A stretch of 64,000 nucleotides of DNA, from NCBI RefSeq assembly GCF_018350175.1, contig NC_058368.1, forward strand, positions 24,988,001 to 25,052,000, in the 5' to 3' direction. The notes under the pieces were generated by a model. That model saw nothing but the letters and a program-made list of their open reading frames with translations, was not told where the DNA came from and searched no databases. Position 1 is the stretch's first letter. Every line of letters begins with the position of its first letter. Both the position numbers and the translations under genes were made by a program. The stretch is from Felis catus. Lineage: Eukaryota. Shown piece by piece: positions 49,295 to 59,709 of the stretch.

Positions 49295-50519
49295 GTACTG
49301 TTTCCTTGGAAAGTATGGATGGTATATTTTTCATTTGATTGCTTTAAGGTGAGATTAAGGTCTCATTATCTGCTTTTAGGAGTTTGGTTTCCTCGTCTTT
49401 TACGCATGGAGAAAGAAGAATTCTATTTTGTAATGGTTTTCATTTTACTTCAAGAGGATTGATGAACGTTTGTGTCGCATAGCAATTTGTTATTCAAAAT
49501 TTGATGCATAAAGAGTTTTAAATAGTCTCTTTCTGTGAAACGTTTCCATTTGTGAAAAGTTTCTCTAAGTAAATTTCTAGTATGTTTTATTATCTAAACT
49601 GAACATCAGAGAAAAACATTTTCCAGACACAGAGTGGTGAGGATATTTCTAGGAAGAAATAGTGTCTATGAGAATGTACCAAGCCAGAAGAAAGGGAAAT
49701 AAATACAGGTGAGTGTATGTAAGCATTTACTTAAGAAGAATAAAATAAAACATAAAGTAGTAGAAATTAGATTTGGAAGAGATCTGATCATGAGAAATTG
49801 AAAATGTCTAAACTTTAAAAAGCGTAAGAGAGTTGGTTTAAAAGGTTAGAGAAACTTTCATTAGCTTTTTACCTGGGGACACTGAAAACAACATTGCTAA
49901 AGAAAAAGATTCGCATTTGCAGAAGAAATTAAATTCATGAAAAACAGAGGGATGAACTCAACTGCAGCGATTAAAATGGAAACAGATACAAGGAATAGGA
50001 AGCTTTTAAAGTCTTCCCTAGTTAAAGGCCTGGCTCAGAGTCACTCCTGACAGAGTTGCTACAGTCATTCTCTGCACTCCCATGTCATGTACTTCATGTG
50101 CTACTTAGTTTTCTCCTCATGCGGTTGCCTAGGTGCCCATTTCTCCTTGCAGCTTTTCTCAGCTGGAAATGTCCCTAAGAGAATTGAGTCCTAGTTAGCC
50201 TTGTAATGGGTCAGCTTCTCTTGTAAGTGTCTACAATGGTACGACTTGCTTCCATCCTCAGGCGTTGAAGTTGAAAATTTTTCTGTTTGCTCAAGGAGAG
50301 GACTTGGGTTGAAAAAGGCTGCATGTTTTGCAGTCTCCCCAGAATCCTGCCTCTTTTTCATAAAAAATATATTGTAACATTCCCCGGTTCCTCCTCTAAT
50401 ATGCCATAGTGCCTCTCAGAAATTGTGACAACCAAAAACGCCCTTGCAGAATTCTCCTTGAGAGCCATTGTCAGAACCTTGTAATCCTTCAGTACAGGGC
50501 ACAGACCATTAACTAGCAT

Positions 50520-53500
50520 GTGACATGTTATAAAAAGTTATAGTGGCACAGTATTAATGTCTTAAATGATCCACCTGAAGAAAGCATTGTGAGCTTTTCT
50601 GATTGCTCAGCGTTAAAAATTTTCACACAAAACCTGACGAGACCCAGCTGAAGAAAAATTAATTTCAGATATAAGAGAGCCTCATGAAAGATGTTAAGAA
50701 AAAAAGAAACCTCTTTAAAATATATAGGTCTGTAAAAGCAAAATACAGAATAGGACCACTCATCAAGGAAAATGGTACTTGTTATCAGATGATGAAAAAA
50801 AGTGGAAAGCCAGTGAACTCATATTTTGGCATGGTCTTTAGAGAATGATTTTTAAAATATATAAATTATACATATCAGAAAAGATAGTTTAAGGATACCA
50901 AGAGAACACTTAGCTGCCTTAAATGAGCTGAAGTCTCATTTGAGTATTGTAGTATTAAAAGAATGTATAGAACTGGTAGCAAGCAGAAGGAAGGAAGGAA
51001 TACCACAAGAAATTAATAGAAAAATTCTGAAGAGATGAAAAAAACTAATCCAAGTCTCATAGATATTAAAAGGATAATACTGTAAACAGCTCTATGCACA
51101 TAAATTCGACAGTTTAGGAGAAATGGATCAATTGCTCTAAAATCCACAAGCATCTTTGAATCGTCTGTGTCGGTTTGCTTTGGTCTGGTTTTTATTGGAA
51201 AAGAAGCCTCCACTCTCAGATGGTTTCACTGGCAAAATCTACCAAATGTTTAAGTTAGAAATAACACCAATTCTACATAATTTCTTCCAGAAAATTGAAG
51301 AGACAGGAATCCTTCCCCACTCATTTTATGAGGACAACAACTACTCGGATATCAAAACCAGAGTAAGACATCACAAGAAAACTACCGATCTATATCACTC
51401 ATGAGCATACACATAAAAAATCCTCAAAACTTGTAAATCAAATCCAGCAATATATAAAAGGAGTACTGCACCGTGACCAAATACCATTTATCCTCAGAGT
51501 GAAAGGCTGGTTTAATATGCTAGTTTAGTATTCTAAAATTATTCAATGTGATCCACATATTGACAGACCGAGAAGAAAAAATACCTAATCCTGTCAATTG
51601 ATGCAGAAAAAAACATTTGAGAAAAATCAGCATTCCTATGCAATAAAAATTCTTAGTAAGCTGGAATAAGAAAGAGTCTTGACTCGCATCTCCAAAAACC
51701 TGTAGCTAACATCGTACTTAAGGGTAAAAGTTTGAAATATTTCCCGGAGAGGTCAGAACGAGGCAAGGCTGTCCATTCTCACTACCCCTATTCCACATTT
51801 TACTGGGAGTTCTAGCCAGTTCAATAAGAAAAGGAAGTAGAAGGCATACAGATTGGAAAAGAAGAGGTAAAACTGTATTTACAGACAAGATGATTGCCTA
51901 CGTGAAAGTTTTCAAGGAATTTATCAGAAACACTCTCAGAACTTAAGAGTGTAACAAGGCCACAGGATACAGAGCATGCGTAAAGCAATTGGATTTCCAT
52001 ATACTAACAGTGTATAGAAGCACCTGGGAACTGAAAGGTAGGAAATACTTTTTAGTGGTTCCCCAGCAAAAAGTACTTAGATACAAATCTAACAGAACAT
52101 GGTGCAGGGTCTGTGTGCTGAGAACTATGAGACCCTGACATAAAAAATCAAAGATGACCTGAATAATGGAGACGTACATCTTGTTCATGGATTGGAAGAC
52201 TCAATATAGTTAAGATTGTAATTTTCCCCAAATGGATCTGCAGATTTAACACAATCCAGCAAAATTACAGCAGTGTTTTTTTTTTTAAGATAACAGATTC
52301 TCAAGTTTACATGGAAAGTCAAAGCAACAAGAATACACAGAATAGTTGTTTAAAAAGATGAATACAGTTGAAGGACTCAAAGTTCCCAGTTTTAAGACTG
52401 CCTGTAAAGCCACAGTACTCAGGATAATGTGGTCCTGGCACCAGGGATGACACACACCAAAACCAATGGTACAGAGTCCAGAAATAAACCCATAAACCCA
52501 CACAAGTAGGACTAATCTACCGGGGGGGGGAGGGGGGGGACTAAAAATGGGTTGTTTTTTTAATTGAACTTTTTATTTTGACATACCTGTTCTTCATCAA
52601 AATGTACAACTTCTGTGAAAGAGATGAAGACTGAGAAGACCAGGATACTGAGAGAAAATATCTGGACACCACTTTTTGGGGAAAGGACTTATACCTAGAA
52701 TGTGTAAAGGACTCTGAAAAGTTAACATTAAAAAAAAAAAAAAAGGCAATCCAATTTTTTTAAACGGGCAACACTTGAATGGACGGTTCACCAAAGAGGA
52801 TCTGTTAATAAGCCCATGAGAAGATGTTTAACATTTTGAGCCATTAACAAATGCAGATTAAAAATTAAATGAGATACCATTGTGAACCTGTTACAGTAGC
52901 TAAAAACCAACAGCAACAAACCCCGTAGCAAGGATGTAGAGCAGTTGGAACTACCACGTGTTACCGGTGAGAATGCAAAATGGTACACCACGTGGGAACA
53001 CAGTGTGGTGGTTTGGTGAAATGAATATTCACTATATGACCCAGTAATCCCTATTGCCAGGTTTTTACCTTCGAAAAATGAAAACTTACATTCATATAAA
53101 AACCTGTCCACAGTAGCTTATAGCAGGTCTATTCATAATCTCCAAAAACTGGAAACAACCCCAGTGTTCTTTACGTAGCTAATTGATAAACTAGGACACA
53201 TCTGTATAACTGGTTGCTAATTTATAAGAAAAAATAGCCAAACTGTCAGTAAGTACTATCAACAATATGGATTAATCTCAAAAACACGATACTGAGTGAA
53301 AGAAACAAGTCTCTAAAGATCATATAGTGTAGGATTCCATTTATTTGATGTTCTGGAAACGGCAAAGCAATCACAGAGACCCTATCACTGATTGCCAGGG
53401 GTTAGAGTTGGGGAGAGGGTGTGAACACAAAGGGAGTTTTCTGAATGATGAAACTTCTCTATTCTGATTGTGGTCATGGTTATGTGAATCAGTACCCAAG

Positions 53501-54070
53501 TGTCAACACAGAAGTATGCATAAAAAGTCAGTTTTCTGTATCACAACATGTATATTTTTCAACGCACATGTAATCGAGGAACCACTGTTCTTTTAAGGAT
53601 CCTAGAAAGAAGAGAAATGGCAGAATGCCCAAGATAGTCAAATCTTACCTTCTTTCATTTATGAACACACTTGGAGAACATTTAACAAAATTTTATGACA
53701 ACTTCCAAAAATGCTAATGTAGCCTTAAATTACAGTAATAGAGATAAGCATTTTAACAGAAGGGCGGTAGTACTTTCTTAGTGGACTGCAGTGATCAGCT
53801 GTCTTCTAGAGAATTTGTTCACTCCTAGAGCCCACGTTCTACAGACAGAACATGGACAGACCAGAAAGGAGTGCGAAGTGCTTCTCCTCAGAGGTTTGAA
53901 AGGCTGTCATGTAAAGTAAGACTGAATTAGTGTTCAGCCCTATATGAGATTTTATTTCAACATGTTCAAAAACGTGCAGTGATTGCTGTTTGTTTTGTCA
54001 TTGGAAATAAAAACTCATTGATGACCTGTCAGGGATTGTTGAAGATTCCAACTTTAGGCAAGAGATGCCC
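50520..54070 (+). mobile_element. Ancient L3/CR1 relic (about 50520-50990 and 53590-54070) split by an L1 insertion
   Basis: CR1-like motifs (AATAGGACCACTCAT...GAACTCATATTTTG; AAAAATGCTAATGTAGCCTTA). Low similarity, assigned from recall. Confidence 0.45.
50995..53545 (+). mobile_element. LINE-1 ORF2 and 3' UTR (sense, L1MB/MC-like)
   Basis: Peptide remnant DGFTGKIYQMFK.EITPILHNFFQKIEETGILPHSFYE and typical L1 3' sequence. Confidence 0.9.
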
Positions 54071-54214
54071 CTCAAAGCTTTCTTTTCTAAGATTTCTTGA
54101 ATCCGAAAACATTTCTTAAGTTTGTCTTTAAATATCCATCCCAAATTAATTTTTCTTGCCACTTTAATGTTTTTTGTTAGAGGTTAACCTGCCTTTGTCA
54201 ACTTGTAGCATACA

Positions 54215-54422
54215 TTTTTTTTTAAATTTTTTTAATGTTTACTTTTGAGACAGAGAGCATGAACAAGGGAGGGTCAGAGAAAGGGAGACACAGAATCTGA
54301 AGCAGGCTCCAGGCCCTGAGCTGTCAGCACAGAGCCTGACGCGGGGCTCGAACTCACGGACTGTGAGAACATGACCTGAGCCGAAGTCAGACACTTAACC
54401 GACTGAGCCACCCAGGAGCCCC
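54215..54422 (-). mobile_element. SINEC_Fc (antisense), ending about 37 nt before the last-exon acceptor
   Basis: Reverse-complement SINE ending CCCAGGAGCCCC. Confidence 0.96.
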
Positions 54423-54459
54423 TCATCTTTTAAAATTTGTTTTTGTTTTCTTCAAATAG

Positions 54460-54630
54460 GGCACCGTGAAACAGGCTTACACAAGTGCTCCAGTGGTAGA
54501 CAATGAATTACTGCGATTGAGTCTTCGGTTATTTAAGAAGAAGACTGCTTGTCATGCCCCAGGACACGAGAAGACTGAAGATAATAAACTCTCGCAGTCC
54601 ACTGTCCAGCAGGAACTGTGTGTGTCTTAG
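54460..54630 (+). CDS. ZC3H13: ZC3H13 last coding exon (CDS part, 171 nt): GTVKQAYTSAPVVDNELLRLSLRLF...QQELCVS*
   Basis: Acceptor TTTTCTTCAAATAG|GG, phase 0, TAG stop at 54628-54630. C-terminus matches recalled ZC3H13. Confidence 0.95.
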   Translation, partial: GTVKQAYTSAPVVDNELLRLSLRLFKKKTACHAPGHEKTEDNKLSQSTVQQELCVS

Positions 54631-55300
54631 GACTGAAGTTAAATGACATTTTTGGTACTCTCTTCCTTCAAGATTACACATTCTTTTTCAGAGTTCTTTG
54701 GTTTGACAAACATTCATAACAAAGGCAGAAAAGATTTGTCAGCCATGGTAAAAGGGTGAAGAACAACTTTGATCTAAAGTTTAAAGACACTAGTTTTGGC
54801 TAACTTAAGGTTTTACATAGATTTTTACACAGTACTTGATATTCATGTGAAATAATGTGAAAACATCTAGATTTAGTTTATTCTGTACTTTTTGTTAAAA
54901 CTGAAGATTTTGGAAAAACGGTTGCCACTGGGCATGCAGCCTATGAATATTTTTTATGAAATGGAGCCACTGACTTATGTTCTGGATCATCCCTACAGAA
55001 ATAGATTTTATTCAGAAACGTCATGTTCACGGAATGAATGCACACTGCAGTGCAGAGCTCTTGAAGGCGGATGCTGGTCCTGCGTGCTGTGTTTGGGGGC
55101 AGACCTCCAGCGGGAGGTAGCCAAAGTACTTTTTTCCTTTCTAAAGTTCGGAAAAAAAAAATTTACTAATGGGTCTTTTTTTTTAATACATGTGCGTTGT
55201 TACAATGTATATTGGATGTCTTTGGATTCTAAATGGTTTTGTTATCAGAAAATGTCTACTGTTTTTATTTTTAATAAATGTACCTTTCCTTGTTCTAGAT
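54631..55300 (+). other. ZC3H13: ZC3H13 3' UTR (proximal form)
   Basis: AT-rich sequence with no recognisable repeats, running from the stop codon to the first well-supported AATAAA. Confidence 0.7.
55273..55278 (+). terminator. Polyadenylation signal AATAAA
   Basis: T-rich upstream sequence, a TGTA element near 55206, and T/GT-rich downstream sequence. Further AATAAA at 55685, 56021, 56053 and 56067. Confidence 0.7.
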
Positions 55301-55924
55301 TTACTTTGCTCTTCATTGATCTTATTCCTAATGTTCTGAGACATTTGTCATCAACATTGCATATTTCATATTTCACATTTTACTGCTCAAGTAAATAATG
55401 CAGTAGGAGTTGAGGAGAGACTTCAAATACAGGTCAGTAATACTTGAAACAAACCAAGAGTGAACAAACCTATGTCATCTGAACTTTAAAATCCTACCGC
55501 TGAATTTTTCAGGGCTATCATCTTCGATTACATTGAACTGTCTAGCCGGTAATATGTAAGATGACTTAATTTTTTTAAATTACCATCTGTTTTATTCTGT
55601 GTATATTTCTGTAACTCACGAAGAGGAGTCTTAGAAGGATTTGAAATGCACTCCAAGCTGCAGAACGTGTGGGCAGACAACAATAATAAAGGAAACCAGT
55701 CAAAATTATAATTTTTTTCACTGGCTCTCACAGGTTTTTGCTCAGACTGTAATTGGTTGCCTGTGTCAGTAGTTTTGTATCCTCTAAAGGTAACAGTGTT
55801 ACTGATGTAAAATTCCTGCTCATTTCAAGAAACGTTCATTGTACCCTTATTTAAGATACTGACCCAGCAAAGGAAATGGTATTATTTTCAAATGACTTTG
55901 AAAGCATGTTTAAGAAAATGGCAA

Positions 55925-55965
55925 GGGGGGGGGGGGGGGGGGGGGGGGGGGCGGGGGAGGATGGG
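55925..55965 (+). repeat. Poly-G tract (G27 C G5 A GG AT GGG)
   Basis: Read directly from the sequence. Confidence 0.95.
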
Positions 55966-57030
55966 AGTGTCACTAGATTTTCCTGGTGTCTGTTTCCTTT
56001 TCTAATTGGTAGATATTTTGAATAAAGAAGAAATTCCTTACTGACCCTGGAGAATAAATATCCTTTAATAAAACACCAACTTCCTAATTATAGTAGCTAT
56101 TATTTGCTATAGCACAAACAGTTCAAGTCCTAGAACTTCTGTTTCCCAGAAACGTGGAATATAACAGAAAATAATGGTTTTCTTTAGGAATGTTCCACAG
56201 GTTATTTATTTACAGAATGAAAACTGTACTTAAATTTGCCATACAATGTGTTGCCTTTTAGGATTTGAGCATCTTTTTGTTATGAAAGAAAATTTTAGAG
56301 CTATTCCTCTGCACACTTAGCCACAGCATTCAGAGCTGTTGAGAATGTACTGTTAAGTCTCCATTTTTTTAATTCAAATAGTCTACGTAGTGCCAAGCAT
56401 ACACCCTTAGAGTTCTTTTTTACCGAGCTTTCTGTAAAAGCTCTTGGATGCCAGTTAAAGTCTCAATGAAAGCAGTCGTCCTGAAAGCAGCTGCTCGGCT
56501 AGAACTGATTTGCTTCTACAGTTGAACGTGTGTTGCCTTCTAAGTGATGGGTCAAGTTTGTCCATTTGCCATAACCCCACAACTGGACTCCAGCTGCTGG
56601 TAATAAATTGGCAAGAGAACGTGTGCAATCCAAAATAAATGAGAGTAAACACCTATTACTGAGTCAGTTCGGTTTTTTTGGCAGCTATCCTGACCATTTC
56701 TTAGAGGATTGTACTGACTGATAATAAATAACTTTGTGTTTCATAAACATTTTGTAACCATCCCCACCTTGTTCCTTGATATGCTGCAAAATCTAACTTG
56801 TCATTTCTCTTTGTTCTGTAACTGCATGCTATCTTCCTTACCCTACCTACGCCACAACTGCATTAGGATTTTATGACCTCTCTTTATTAACTTGACATTT
56901 TCTGCCATTGGCAGAATATCTCACATTGTTTCTTACCGTCCAGTTGGGTAAAGATTGTCTGTATGGTCAGTGATGCTTTTAAGTCTCAGAAAGAAGAGCC
57001 AGCATCTGAACCTCAACTGGTTATTTTAAA

Positions 57031-59709
57031 GGGTATGTGGTTTCTAGTTGAAGATGGTAGTACAAGGTGGACCCTAAACTCAACCTCCTCCCACAGATCT
57101 ACAGCTGTGTACAAAGCAATTTTCTCTGAAAACAAAAAGCCAGCTGAGTGGACTCCTACACATTGAGCAAAAAAACCAACGACAATACCAAACAACAAAA
57201 CATACTGAAGCAAGTATGAGAGGCTGAGATAAATCCCATCCTCCGAATGGAGACCCACAATCGGTCAACCGACTGTGCCACTCAGGTGGCCCCGGAGACC
57301 CACAATCGGGAAGGAACGCCCAACCCTGAGCCTCTCCCAAAGGAGTGAAGAATTTGAACTCTATATCTTGCATCTGACTTTTAAGACCTGCACCTGAGAG
57401 ACAAGCCCACAAAGCATCTAGCTTTGAAAGGCAATGGGGTTTTATCCATGAGACCCCCCCCCCCAAAGGGTGCCGATGGATTCACCCATCCCCGGGCCCA
57501 CTGCAGAGGCAGCTGTCTGAAAAGGGTCCAGACTTTCCACAAAAGAGGCTTGTTTATCTTAAAGCGTTGGCCTAATTTAAAACACATCTAGGGGCCTACT
57601 GAAATAACCCCCAACAATGGAGGCCAGCTCTGCCTCATCCCAGCTCACTGGTATCTGCAATTTGTACACTCATCTGGCACCCCAACTTCTGTGACTGCTG
57701 CTCAGAGGACACCTCTTTGATGCTTGGCTCTGGTGGCCAGTGGGGCTTACTGGGGAACCGTCAGGGTTGTTACAGGGTTTTTAACTGACTACCACCCCCA
57801 GGGCACAGCAGGGAGGCAACAGCACCCCCTCTTTCTGTGTAAGTGGCCCATTAGCTTATCTTTTGTAACTGTGGCCTGAGGGCAGTCTTCTAACTAAACA
57901 TGTTTGAGGCCAAATGTAATCCTTGGCTGAGACCTGGCACGGGTTGGGGGGGGGGGGGGGGGGATGTGGAGGTAATGCTGTCCTAAGGCTCTTCCACAGC
58001 CATGCTCCTCCTGGCCACTGGTATCGTCCCTAGAGGAGCTTGTACGTGTGTCTGGTGCCCTGGTTCGTGTGGCTGTGACCCAGGGACGCCCCTTGATTGC
58101 CTGGCTCCGATGGCCAGCGGGGCTTGCATTCCTGGGTCCCATAGGGCTACAGCAAATGGAAGAACTGATCTTGGCTGGCTACTACCCGCCCCGGGCACTG
58201 TGCAGAGACAGCAGTCTGAAACACATGCCAAGTCTTTCTGTGCAAGAGGCATATTTGCTTGTCTTGGAACTTCGACCTAAGGGACAAGCCTCGGGTTTGG
58301 TGCATGTCTCGGGGCCAACTTCGGTGTTTTCTGGGGGTGGAGACCTGTGGTTGCCACATGTGCCCTCTACCTGTCACTTGCTCCAACTGGTGGGTATCTC
58401 TGAGTACAGCTTGTGTACATATCTAGTGCCCTTACTTTTGTGACTGCTGCCCAAAGGACATCCATTTACAGCCTGGTTTTGGTGGCCAAGAGGCTTGTGT
58501 TTACAGGTTCAAGAGACTAGCAAAGAAACAGTTCTTACCTGGCTACCCGCCACCACCACACCCCCCCCCCCGCCCCCCTGCCAGGGATCAGTGCAGAGGG
58601 AGGAGACAGAAATCCTGATCTCCCAGTCTTCTCCAGAAAGAGGCATATTTACATTCTTTAAGAGCTGTGGCCTTAGAGTCTGGTTCCCAATCAGCCTAAA
58701 TCTAAGTGCTACTAAAATCTCCCCATTTGGGACTCTGGTAGATCTTAGAATACCCTCAATTACTGGGAACCACTAAAAACAAAGTAGGCTGCTTGGCAAG
58801 TCACAAATGTTTGAGAGAATCGAGCTAGGGCAGGGTTGAACAGTAGGTTTCATCTACACAAGACCAATCCTTCAAGGTGGGGAGGGAGTGACTTTTATCT
58901 GTGCATAGAAACCAACATAGAAAGTCAAGGAAAATGAAGGAACAGAAGACTATGTTCCCAATGAAAGAACAAGTTAAACCCTCAAAAGGAGAATTTAAGG
59001 AAATGGAGGTAAGTGATTTCCCTCTGATAGAGTTCAAAACAATGGTCATAATGATACTGAGCTCAGGAGAAGAATGGACCAAAAATGGAAAATTTCAACA
59101 AGAAGATAGAAAATATAGGAAAGTAGCAAACAGAAGTCACAGAGCTGAAGAATTCAATAACTGAACTAAAAAAAAAATACAATAGAAGGGTTCAAAAGTG
59201 GAATAGATGGAAAAGAAAGGATCAAGGGGCAGTAAAACTCATCTGTGGAATAGATGGAAAAGAAAGGATCAAGGGGCAGTAAAACTCATCCAATAAGAGC
59301 AGCAAAAAGAAAAAATTAAGATAGCTTTAGGAACTATGGGACATTAAGGAGACCAACATTCATATTGTAGGAGTCCCAGAGGAGAAGAGAGAAGACTTTT
59401 TGAAGAAATGACTGAAAATTTCCCTATCCTGGGGAAGGAAACAGACATACAGATTCAGAAGTCCCAGAGAGTTCCAAAAAGCAACCCAAAGAGACCCACA
59501 CTGAGACACATTATAATTAGTGTCAAAAGTTAAAGACAAGGAAAGAGTCTCAAAAGAAGCAAGAAAAACATGTATAAGGACCCCATGTAAATCTAAAGCA
59601 GATTTTCCAGCAGGAATTTTGTAGGCCAGAAGGGACTGGTGCAACATATTCAAAGTAACAACAACAACAACAAAAACTGTCAAGCAATATAAGAATATTC
59701 TGCCCAGCA
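57031..59709 (+). mobile_element. Old L1: 5' UTR plus decayed ORF1 (outer element of the nest)
   Basis: AAGATGG start motif at 57051, GC-rich repeated 5' UTR, and ORF1 remnant MFPMKEQVK...EVSDFPLIEFKTMVIMIL. Confidence 0.75.

Noticed and set aside
54892..55398. 168-aa ORF in the 3' UTR
   Set aside because: TTG start, runs across the poly(A) signal, and its composition is that of AT-rich UTR.
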